IMG/VR virus record: IMGVR_UViG_3300017917_001562
Coordinates: 1-64,000 of that record
Length of the DNA: 64,000 nt
Strand: one strand, 5' to 3'
Source of the DNA: a virus
In this document: piece by piece, positions 56,585-64,000 of the stretch
Layout of the letters: each line of letters begins with the position of its first letter
Position numbering within the stretch: the first letter of the stretch is position 1
Notes under the pieces: model-generated
Told to the model about the DNA's origin: nothing
What the model saw: the letters and a program-made list of their open reading frames with translations, nothing else
Database searches by the model: none
Made by a program: the position numbers and the translations under genes

Positions 56585-56613
56585 ATTATAGCAAATTCAG
56601 GAATTTCGAGCAA
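56585..56613 (-). promoter_or_regulatory. Early sigma70-type promoter (copy 2 of duplicated module)
   Basis: TTGCTC-17 nt-TATAAT with TGn extension. Confidence 0.75.
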
Positions 56614-56629
56614 CCAAAAAAATGTATAC

Positions 56630-57001
56630 TTAGGTATTACTTTCTAAGTTGTCTAAGTAAGTGGCAAGGTCTCCGCCCATTAATTGCAACCAACTAGCAT
56701 CCTGCTCATCTAAGACAATAAATTTTGCAGTACGGCTCCAATAGTAATATGGACCAGGAAACAATCTTTCAAGTTGCAGTAAGTTCTTGTTGGTCAAGGG
56801 CTTGGGCAATTCAAAAGAGAAAATTTCTAATTTTAATTCTTTGACTACAAACTGATAACCAGTCATGCTTAATCTAATGCTGGCATCGTCAGTATGGTTG
56901 TGCCACATAAATTTCAAATCAGCTGTGGGCCTGCCAACTTGATGTGCAAATATTTTTGTAAGTTGGCTTTGTGTAAATCGCTTAAGGGAAGATTTGATCA
57001 C
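56630..57001 (-). CDS. Hypothetical protein
   Basis: 123-aa ORF in operon. Confidence 0.7.
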   Translation of the reverse strand: MIKSSLKRFTQSQLTKIFAHQVGRPTADLKFMWHNHTDDASIRLSMTGYQFVVKELKLEIFSFELPKPLTNKNLLQLERLFPGPYYYWSRTAKFIVLDEQDASWLQLMGGDLATYLDNLESNT

Positions 57002-57269
57002 CGCTTTTCAACAGTACTACAGTGAACTTGTCGGTCTTGAACAGTGTGTTTAACTTTTTGCAAAGATTAATAGCATGTCCTGGATTGCTGAAACTGGTCT
57101 TTTTATATTTAGGTCCAGGATAGTTGACCAACATATTGTGGCTTTTTAAATTGATTGGTTGATTATCGTAGAACACTGCCCAGATGCCTTCACTGCTGAG
57201 AATCTGTTCTGTTTTGTAAGTCTGTTTGTCGACATAATCGATTAAGACTGTGGGCTTGGGTCTACTCAT
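56982..57269 (-). CDS. Hypothetical protein
   Basis: 95 aa MSRPKP..KYKKTSFSNPGHA; ATAAATA at 57289-57295 upstream. Confidence 0.75.
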   Translation of the reverse strand: MSRPKPTVLIDYVDKQTYKTEQILSSEGIWAVFYDNQPINLKSHNMLVNYPGPKYKKTSFSNPGHAINLCKKLNTLFKTDKFTVVLLKSGDQIFP

Positions 57270-57311
57270 AATATTTGATCTTACTGTATATTTATGCCTT
57301 AATATACGCAG

Positions 57312-57533
57312 TTAAAAAGTACCACCATCCATGTTTACAGTAACATCACTACTTTGACCAGTGGTGGATAATTTCCTAGTCAAAACTGCACAAAAATTAA
57401 GTATTTCAAACAATTCTGCTTGAATATCTCGTGCTTCTTGAGCCGAAAGGATCAGTTGTTTACTGTTGCTTTGATTCATGACTTTTACTTTGTCATTGAA
57501 CATTTTTAAGTGCAGACTAAGATTATTCTCCAT
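57312..57533 (-). CDS. Hypothetical protein
   Basis: Likely start MENNL; ends MDGGTF. Confidence 0.65.
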   Translation of the reverse strand: MENNLSLHLKMFNDKVKVMNQSNSKQLILSAQEARDIQAELFEILNFCAVLTRKLSTTGQSSDVTVNMDGGTF

Positions 57534-57999
57534 TTGCTGCCTTAAGTGCTTCACTCATTTCTTCTTTGGTCATAAAAGGACCTTGAAATGGATATCTGTT
57601 TAATGTGATTAATTTTGGGCAAAAACTTTTGACCCAACCATTGTTGAATTTAATTATGTAATGGCCAGCACAATAATAGCTTTTGCTTTTACTGGTCTTA
57701 GTATAAACACCAAACTGATGTTTAACATCCCATAGAATATTCCAAGGCTTATTGGTTACTGGATATCCATATACTAAATGTTCAGGCGCCGGCTTAGTTT
57801 TGGCTTTTGAATCTTTGTCAAAAGTAATATTGTATTCTTTAGACAATAACTTAATTGTTGGAAATTTAGTTCTGCTGTTAGTGTCTGCGTAGACAAACCC
57901 CCCATTGTCTACAGCTTGGATCGTAGCAACTTGATTGCCATGATCTTCTACTACCCAGAATTTATTCTTTAGAATCGGTTTGGCTATCAGTTCCGTCAT
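57523..57999 (-). CDS. Hypothetical protein
   Basis: Likely start MTELIAKP; SKSYYCAG.Y..FCPKLITL..Y.FQGP. Confidence 0.7.
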   Translation of the reverse strand: MTELIAKPILKNKFWVVEDHGNQVATIQAVDNGGFVYADTNSRTKFPTIKLLSKEYNITFDKDSKAKTKPAPEHLVYGYPVTNKPWNILWDVKHQFGVYTKTSKSKSYYCAGHYIIKFNNGWVKSFCPKLITLNRYPFQGPFMTKEEMSEALKAANGE

Positions 58000-58156
58000 T
58001 GTTTTTTTGACCTTTCGTATATTGCTCATTGAGCCACTCGTGATACCGTTCGTAGTATTCTGCAGCATCATACATTGGCATTTGTTTATACCACTCAAAA
58101 TATTCATCGCAGTGGCTTTGCCACATTTCATATAACCAGTGTTGAAATTTTAACAT
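57962..58156 (-). CDS. Hypothetical aromatic-rich protein
   Basis: 64 aa in operon. Confidence 0.55.
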   Translation of the reverse strand: MLKFQHWLYEMWQSHCDEYFEWYKQMPMYDAAEYYERYHEWLNEQYTKGQKNNDGTDSQTDSKE

Positions 58157-58166
58157 AATAATTCTG

Positions 58167-58409
58167 TTATTCGTTTTGTAAACTTAATTTTTCCCACATA
58201 AGTTCTTTATCATAGACATACGCCACAGGTTTTAGCCAACCTTGGTTAATGCATTCAGCAATAATTTCTTTGTAGTTACTAGGACACCCAGATGAAATTT
58301 CAAACCCTGCTCGGGGAGTTATGGTATATCCATTGGTAATCATAAAGTCGTCGTCGCGATGACGAACTGTACGAATACAAGCAGTGAATTTTTCGTTATT
58401 AATAAACAT
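58167..58409 (-). CDS. Hypothetical protein
   Basis: 80 aa in operon. Confidence 0.65.
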   Translation of the reverse strand: MFINNEKFTACIRTVRHRDDDFMITNGYTITPRAGFEISSGCPSNYKEIIAECINQGWLKPVAYVYDKELMWEKLSLQNE

Positions 58410-58632
58410 CGAATTTTTGTTTAATTTGTTTTACAATTCGCTCTTTGACACCGCGAGCAAAGTCAGCTTGATAAGTAGTCATGACCATGTCTTGCAACTG
58501 TGCATTTTCAACAAGGCCTATACAGTATTTAACAATCTCTCGTGCAAAATGTTCTTGCTGTTCGGGATTGATGCCAGGATAATGGCTTCCGCCTGCTTGT
58601 AATTGAAATTCTTTAAGTAGTTCTTTGTTCAT
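58399..58632 (-). CDS. Hypothetical protein
   Basis: 77 aa in operon. Confidence 0.65.
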   Translation of the reverse strand: MNKELLKEFQLQAGGSHYPGINPEQQEHFAREIVKYCIGLVENAQLQDMVMTTYQADFARGVKERIVKQIKQKFDVY

Positions 58633-58635
58633 AGT

Positions 58636-59607
58636 TTAATCCGGATAACTTGCAGATAAAAATTCTGCAAAACTGGTATTGCTTTCGCTTAGTTTAATAA
58701 GGTCGTACTTGCCGCAAAATTTAAGAAACTGTGCGCCAATCATTGGTTTGTTTTTCTGAACAGCATTTTCCTGAATAGTCTCAATGATTTTAAGTTTGAT
58801 ATCGTCAGGCTGTGCAGACAAATCAACTAGTACACGATTACGATTATAATCGTCTAGGACTTTGTGCTCAATATCATTGTGATCGGTCCAACGCTGTAGC
58901 ATTAAATTATTCCAAGCAAAGCCTTTGTTGTCTCTGTCATTGTATGCTTCTAGGAGTTTTGTTTTACGAACGCCAGGATAAGCACTAAACACATTGTCAG
59001 TGGGATCACCACGGATGCATTTTTCAAACAAGATCCATTCTGGGTCGGGGATAGTCTTAGGCTCTTTGGTTTTCTTATCAATTACAGGCCGACCTTTTTT
59101 ATCAAAGATACCTTCAATGGTATGAAGCTCGTCTGCAATGCCATTGTACTGATTAACATTTTCAGCCAACAGTTGATGAAAGTCAGTGTCTGAGCTTACG
59201 ATTGTGTGGTGATCTTCAGGGTGACTTTGAATCCATCCTGCCACCAAGTCATCTGCTTCCAAGCAGTCGTGCCGGAGAACAGTACAATTTGTCTTGTCGA
59301 TGAGATATGTTTTGAGTGCGTCAAAAGTCTCCCAAAATAGTCGATCTTCTTCTTGTTCGGCTTCTGTCTGCGCTGATCTTGCGACTGCACGGTTTTTCTT
59401 GTAGGGTTCATAGTAATCTTTGCGCCACGAACGGCCCTCTAAACAAAATACTACATGGTCTGCTTTTTGATCTCGCCATGCTTTATTAACGCTGCCTAGC
59501 GTAACATGCATGGCAAAACCTAGTCGATCCCAAGTATCGGCTTGACGATGTGCTGCGTGGCGAGCACGGAAGAATGTATTGGCTGTGTCAACAATAAGAT
59601 ATCGCAT
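58636..59607 (-). CDS. T4 RNase H-like 5'-3' exonuclease / flap nuclease
   Basis: LIVD..N.FFR, SWRK..Y..YK.NR, EADD, SSDTDF.QL, GDPTDNV. Confidence 0.88.
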   Translation of the reverse strand: MRYLIVDTANTFFRARHAAHRQADTWDRLGFAMHVTLGSVNKAWRDQKADHVVFCLEGRSWRKDYYEPYKKNRAVARSAQTEAEQEEDRLFWETFDALKTYLIDKTNCTVLRHDCLEADDLVAGWIQSHPEDHHTIVSSDTDFHQLLAENVNQYNGIADELHTIEGIFDKKGRPVIDKKTKEPKTIPDPEWILFEKCIRGDPTDNVFSAYPGVRKTKLLEAYNDRDNKGFAWNNLMLQRWTDHNDIEHKVLDDYNRNRVLVDLSAQPDDIKLKIIETIQENAVQKNKPMIGAQFLKFCGKYDLIKLSESNTSFAEFLSASYPD

Positions 59608-59613
59608 AGGATT

Positions 59614-59642
59614 ATAATAGCATATTATTCATTTGTAGTCAA
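59614..59642 (-). promoter_or_regulatory. sigma70-type promoter, probably giving a leaderless transcript
   Basis: TTGACT-17 nt-TATTAT (TGn extended), 6 nt before the ATG; no SD. Confidence 0.55.
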
Positions 59643-60275
59643 TATGCTTTTAACTTTTGGTAAAATGAAATCTGCCCAAGCTAGATGTGCCTCTGCACCA
59701 TAATGATAATATTTTGGATTAGCAGGTTTAAATCCTGCATTTTCCAACCAAAAATAATAGGTAAAATTTTTGTCGTAAGGGTCGATGTAACTTTTACCCC
59801 AATCATATTTAGATTTATTTTGTCTTATTGTATAAAAGAAATGACTATAGCAGTTAAAAAACAAGTGAGGAATATGTTTTATTTTTTGATGAAATTCCCA
59901 AATTTTATCGTGTGCTGTAAATTCATTGAGCCATTGTTGTTCAGGAACACTTTGGTCAATTACCCATTGTTTATACTTGTATTGTAATTCTAAAGGAACA
60001 GTATCATACCCACTAGCAGTAATATTGTAAGCCTCATCGTTCCAATACCAAGTTTCTCGCTCCCAAGTGCTCCACCCAATGATTAGAAAATCTGGTGTGT
60101 TGGATTCTAAATAACTTAAAGTTCTTTGTATAATGCTGTCATTGCTACAGCCTTGAACAGCTGCACACACATATTCATAACCTAATGCATCTGCTATGTG
60201 TTTACCATAGGCAAAATTTGGACCACCGGCATCATGCCCTGCACTGTGGCTGTCACCGTCTACATATAGTTTCAT
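59625..60275 (-). CDS. SGNH/GDSL hydrolase-like protein
   Basis: VDGDSHSAG, GCSND, IIGWS, C-terminal HYGAEAH. Confidence 0.65.
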   Translation of the reverse strand: MKLYVDGDSHSAGHDAGGPNFAYGKHIADALGYEYVCAAVQGCSNDSIIQRTLSYLESNTPDFLIIGWSTWERETWYWNDEAYNITASGYDTVPLELQYKYKQWVIDQSVPEQQWLNEFTAHDKIWEFHQKIKHIPHLFFNCYSHFFYTIRQNKSKYDWGKSYIDPYDKNFTYYFWLENAGFKPANPKYYHYGAEAHLAWADFILPKVKSILTTNE

Positions 60276-60502
60276 ACATATTTCAGTGTTATAAATGAAG
60301 CAAGACTTTCGTCGTCTAGACTTATATTAATATTGCCGCTATAAAAGCCACGATCAATGGCCCAATGCTTGCCACCTACCCTAGAGTGTAAATAGTAAGT
60401 TCTTACACCAACATTTTGTTCTAAATAACATTGAACTTCGCGTTCGTGCTTTGACGGAATAGTAAATGTTACTTTGAATTTTTGTTCAAGTACACTAGGC
60501 AT
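60272..60502 (-). CDS. Small protein, dispersed array-family member (ends FITLKYV)
   Basis: YLEQNVG..ISLDDESLASFITLKYV. Confidence 0.65.
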   Translation of the reverse strand: MPSVLEQKFKVTFTIPSKHEREVQCYLEQNVGVRTYYLHSRVGGKHWAIDRGFYSGNINISLDDESLASFITLKYV

Positions 60503-60864
60503 TAACTTACCTCTGTGCGGCCGCCACCCAAATCAGTTTTCTTCACACCACTGGTCGGCCTAGGATTGTTTGCTTCATATTGTTCAAATGTTTCAAGCAC
60601 AACATTACGACAAACATCTTGGAACCAACGGTCCACAATGTCTGCATCTGTTTTGCCTTGGTATCCTGCACGAAGTAGTTTGGTAATGAATTGATCATTC
60701 CAATCAAGCTCAAACGCACCTTGCCCTACATTTTCGGGATCTAAATCAATGCTGAGAATATTAACATAAGGCTCATTACGCTTGGTTGCTTCTGCCTTGG
60801 GATCTTTTACTTTTACTGTTAATTTACCTGCTGTCTTTTTAGCAGGAGTCTTTGCTGTTGCCAT
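60502..60864 (-). CDS. Hypothetical protein
   Basis: Likely start MATAKT (TAATG overlap); FELDWN..IVDRWF. Confidence 0.7.
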   Translation of the reverse strand: MATAKTPAKKTAGKLTVKVKDPKAEATKRNEPYVNILSIDLDPENVGQGAFELDWNDQFITKLLRAGYQGKTDADIVDRWFQDVCRNVVLETFEQYEANNPRPTSGVKKTDLGGGRTEVS

Positions 60865-61121
60865 TAATGATTCCTTTTTAACTGCCATATTATGTATTCG
60901 GTCTTTTCAATCCAGTAGTGTTTTACTATTGGTTCACCTGGACCGGTAATCCATCTTTCGCCATGGTACGCATACTTACCCCACAATGGTTTTCCTGTTA
61001 AATAACACCGCTGTGGACGCCAACATAGTTTTAAATCCCAGTATCCTGCTTGTTTCAATCCCCAGTCTTCACTAGGTGGTGATGCTTGTGGACTCATATC
61101 TAACATACGCATAATCTCCAT
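60864..61121 (-). CDS. Hypothetical protein
   Basis: 85 aa; W.P.RC..TGK.LW.K.AY; ends YIIWQLKRNH. Confidence 0.65.
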   Translation of the reverse strand: MEIMRMLDMSPQASPPSEDWGLKQAGYWDLKLCWRPQRCYLTGKPLWGKYAYHGERWITGPGEPIVKHYWIEKTEYIIWQLKRNH

Positions 61122-61996
61122 TAAGCTAAACTGGCATATAAATGTTGTTGCAAGTTCAATCGCAACCCATGTTGAATACAGTATTGTCCTGTGTACTCAT
61201 GATTGGCTTGATTGTCTCGCAAGTTCAACAAACCTGGTTCCCAAAAACTAATAACTTCATCTACTGTACTGCGTTCAGCCATTGTGATTTGACCTTTTTC
61301 TGCGCGAAGTAATTTAATCTTTTGTGGGAAACTATTATAGACATTCATTGGACTGCAATAAATTTCTTTGTCTGGATTATTCCGTTTCCATTCTAGTGCC
61401 CAGTCTGGAATACTGTTATATGGACTGTCTGGGTCTGCACTCATAACAAACTTTAAACAGTCTGCACGGTCTAGAATAGTTTTACTTGGTGCTAGATATT
61501 TAACAGCTCTGCCGTTCTTTTCCATACACTTAGGACTGCATACAAGAGTAACGCCATCCGGTACATGAGTATCAGGAATGCCATTGCTTTCAACTTGTAC
61601 TGCCTTAAAATGGTTCAACTGCCTAGCCATCCATGGTGTAATGTTATCCTGTAGCAGTGGTTCTCCACCGGTCATTACCAACACAACGCCCGGATAATCA
61701 TTGCGGCCACGAACTGCCCACGCAGGAACTTCTTGTCCTTGGCTGACCCAAAAGTCACGAATAGTATCATACATCTTTGCTTCAATGTCAGCAAAGGTCA
61801 ACCAATCACCGTCATCAAAGAAAGTGTCACAGAAACTACAATCTAAATTACACTTGGCTAATCTAATAAAGAACGCAGGCATACCAGCATAAGGACCTTC
61901 ACCCTGTAGCGTAAAAAACATACTGGTTACAAATAATTGATTTTCTGGTGCGTCTTTAAAGTATTTCTTACCAATGATAGCGTTAGTTCCAAACAT
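61121..61996 (-). CDS. queE: QueE-like radical SAM (7-carboxy-7-deazaguanine synthase family)
   Basis: F.TLQGEG...G.PA.FIRLAKCNLDCSFCDT, TGGEPLLQ, VESNG, CSPK, RLNLQQH. Confidence 0.75.
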   Translation of the reverse strand: MFGTNAIIGKKYFKDAPENQLFVTSMFFTLQGEGPYAGMPAFFIRLAKCNLDCSFCDTFFDDGDWLTFADIEAKMYDTIRDFWVSQGQEVPAWAVRGRNDYPGVVLVMTGGEPLLQDNITPWMARQLNHFKAVQVESNGIPDTHVPDGVTLVCSPKCMEKNGRAVKYLAPSKTILDRADCLKFVMSADPDSPYNSIPDWALEWKRNNPDKEIYCSPMNVYNSFPQKIKLLRAEKGQITMAERSTVDEVISFWEPGLLNLRDNQANHEYTGQYCIQHGLRLNLQQHLYASLA

Positions 61997-62022
61997 TTTA
62001 TTCCTTGCTGATAATTTTTATT

Positions 62023-62871
62023 TTATGATCCGCAGTTATTAACACATACAGGATGTGTTAAATCTAACTCATTATAAAGTAATTCTGCGACATTGTCAAC
62101 ATCATCTATTGTTGATTTGTAACAGCATGTGCTAAATTTGCCGTTAGCAGCCAAATAGATGCCGGGCTGAGTCAAATGCATACAATTTTCTGTCAAAACC
62201 TTTTTGTTATTTAGATTAAATTTTATAAGAGGTAAAATAGTTTTTGGTGGAAATAACTTATAATCATTTCCTGTGCGATAATGTTTTACATTTTCTATAT
62301 TTCTTGACGATTTTACAAGTTTAAATTTTTTAAAACCTAATTTTTGACTTAGCTTTAAGCAATCTTTAATTTGATGTTCGTTGTGTTCAAAAGGAATAAA
62401 TTGCCATGTAGCTGTACCACCCGATTGTATAAATGCTGTTGCGTTATTAATGATTTTTTCATATGAAGTGCCTTGACGATATATTTCATGAATTTTTTCT
62501 AATCCATCAATGCCAAACCATACATCGTGTTCGATATCAGATAATTGTTTAGCGAAATCAGACCACCACTTAACAGACCTTAAACTACCATTGGTATGGA
62601 TTTGTATTTTTTTAACATACTTTTTTGCAATATCTATAAATTGGTTTATTTTACTTGCAGCAATAGGATCTCCAAAATTTCCACACAGTTGAATTGCATA
62701 AAGATTTTTAAGTTGTTGTAAAGTGTCTTCAAAGATCTTTGTATCTAAATCTTGTTCAGTAATAAAATCAGAAAGACCAAAACCGTTATTGTTTCTGGGG
62801 CATTGTGGACACCATGCATTACATTTACTTGTTGGTTCTACATGCAACCATTTTACATCATTGAGAGTCAT
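62023..62871 (-). CDS. Radical SAM protein with C-terminal Cys cluster
   Basis: CNAWCPQC, GNFGDP, IHTNGS, FGIDG; C-terminal C..G...CC...C...C. Confidence 0.8.
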   Translation of the reverse strand: MTLNDVKWLHVEPTSKCNAWCPQCPRNNNGFGLSDFITEQDLDTKIFEDTLQQLKNLYAIQLCGNFGDPIAASKINQFIDIAKKYVKKIQIHTNGSLRSVKWWSDFAKQLSDIEHDVWFGIDGLEKIHEIYRQGTSYEKIINNATAFIQSGGTATWQFIPFEHNEHQIKDCLKLSQKLGFKKFKLVKSSRNIENVKHYRTGNDYKLFPPKTILPLIKFNLNNKKVLTENCMHLTQPGIYLAANGKFSTCCYKSTIDDVDNVAELLYNELDLTHPVCVNNCGS

Positions 62872-63139
62872 TATACAAATTTGACCAAACTTTTAGTTTT
62901 TCAATCTTATTATACTTTGCTTTATTTAGGTTGTCAAGGTCAAGTATGCCTTTTTCTATTAAGATATCAACTAAGGCCAACATGTCACCAATTTCCAATT
63001 CTAGCATTTCTTTGTGCAGCTGACCTGTTTTATAGTGTTTGGTATCTAAACCAAATCGTCGTATCTTACTGACTTCCACAATAACTTCAGCACATTCTTC
63101 TTGCAGAATGCCCAATGCTTCTTCGACTTGTTTGTTCAT
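62858..63139 (-). CDS. MazG-like NTP pyrophosphohydrolase
   Basis: LQEECAEVI..VSK..LELEIGD (EE..E / E.GD). Confidence 0.7.
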   Translation of the reverse strand: MNKQVEEALGILQEECAEVIVEVSKIRRFGLDTKHYKTGQLHKEMLELEIGDMLALVDILIEKGILDLDNLNKAKYNKIEKLKVWSNLYNDSQ

Positions 63140-63756
63140 TTTTTAACTTTACAATTATCTAAATGCCATCTAACCATAGCGCCTTTCGGACCTTGTTTGC
63201 CACAATGTGGACAAATGACAGGAGGCATACTATTCATATGAGTTGTGCGAGCATAAGGATTTGATTTTCCTTTATTCCACGGCTCTCTGCCTTTACAAGA
63301 TTCGCTTATTTTTTTGCCCCATGTGATTTCTCTCCCTTTTAATCTATTAGAAATTTTCTGACGAATTTCGGGAAGTTTGGCATAGTTACTATCCCCAACA
63401 TATCTATTAGGTTCTTGTTCGTAACCAAATCTATTGCCGTGTGTTTTGCGGTGACTAGCCGGGCCCGCACCGCCCTGGCCGTCTTCTGGAACTAAATTAG
63501 CAAAATCTTTGCTCTCTACTATATTCCATTTTTCACTGTAATGCAATCCGAGTGTTCTTGCTTCTTCTATCGTTGCACATTTTGCAATTATTTCTGTAGT
63601 TATGTCATCACCATATTTTTCTAAATGGCTTGTCCAATATACCCCGCTACCTTTATATCTATAGCAAGAATCTTCGTATTCAGTAATATGACGACATAGA
63701 TACTTTAGACCTGTTTTATTGTGAGTTTTTAATAATAAATATATTTTTTTGTCCAT
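63136..63756 (-). mobile_element. GIY-YIG-like (Seg-type) homing endonuclease with NUMOD3-like and Zn-ribbon C-terminus
   Basis: IYL..K.H..TGLKYL..YKGSG..W..HL..FANL..EDG.GG; PWNKG; CPHCGK..RWH.DNC; likely start MDKK at 63756. Confidence 0.7.
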
Positions 63757-63760
63757 CAAG

Positions 63761-63794
63761 TATACCCCCAATGTATTTAGCTTTTGGCGGTATA
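63761..63794 (-). promoter_or_regulatory. RBS-sequestering hairpin with late-promoter motif in its loop
   Basis: mRNA UAUACCGCCAA-AAGCUAAAUACA-UUGGGGGUAUA; 10/11 paired; ends 4 nt before the ATG. Confidence 0.65.
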
Positions 63795-63802
63795 TTTGCT
63801 GG

Positions 63803-64000
63803 TTATTTACTGATAGTATCTCGCTCATGAATGGTATTATATTGAGTGTTAACGCGAACAAATGTGGTGCATTTTGGCAATTGTTTAAGGGTTTCGGCGC
63901 CTACATACGAGCAGGTACTCCGAATGCCACCTAAAATATTTTGAACTACAGTACCTACGTCTCCTTTATGGGGGATACTAACTGTTCGGCCTTCGCTCGA
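63803..64000 (-). CDS. guaC: GMP reductase, C-terminal part (5' end outside the window; not in ORF track)
   Basis: SSEGRTVSIPHKGDVGTVVQNILGGIRSTCSYVGAETLKQLPKCTTFVRV fits the GuaC C-terminal pattern SEG.TV..P.RG.V......ILGGLRS.C.YVGA..LK.L...TTF.RV. Confidence 0.85.
   Translation of the reverse strand, partial: SSEGRTVSIPHKGDVGTVVQNILGGIRSTCSYVGAETLKQLPKCTTFVRVNTQYNTIHERDTISK

Noticed and set aside
63757-63934. ORF-track N-terminal extension of the endonuclease (to 63861) and plus-strand ORF 63749..63934
   Set aside because: Both overlap the guaC C-terminus and the regulatory hairpin; the real start is more likely 63756
1-64000. tRNA or rRNA genes
   Set aside because: Intergenic gaps are short and no cloverleaf or rRNA-like sequence was recognised; tRNAscan-SE not run

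Overview
A 64-kb, AT-rich segment of a large tailed dsDNA bacteriophage genome (myovirus-like, T4 gp6-type baseplate), in two convergent arms that meet at about 39.0 kb. The plus-strand arm (1-39007) carries virion genes: a baseplate wedge protein, a 4463-aa modular protein, two fibres with an autocleaving chaperone-like C-terminus, and a tandem paralog pair. These are followed by a modification cluster with glycosyltransferase-like genes, five radical SAM enzymes with N-terminal auxiliary Cys motifs, a carbamoyltransferase, DUF2061/APS-kinase-like/nucleotidyltransferase genes and dCMP deaminase. The minus-strand arm (38988-64000) encodes GMP reductase (partial), a MazG-like protein, a QueE-like protein, a T4 RNase H-like nuclease, a MoxR-type AAA ATPase plus metallopeptidase-vWA pair, DHFR, ThyA, an NDP-sugar epimerase, a DegT aminotransferase and homing endonucleases. 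The most striking structure is a 6.9-kb array (45843-52708) of 26 small head-to-tail ORFs directly behind the AAA/vWA pair. Twenty-two of them end in L[RK][WY]x, and most are joined by a conserved DNA junction (TTGAGGTGGTCATGA) that encodes LRWS-stop, pairs with the 16S anti-SD and supplies the next start codon. One cassette is disrupted by an inverted, truncated GIY-YIG gene. All family assignments come from motif recognition by eye; no searches were run. No tRNA, rRNA or CRISPR array was seen.
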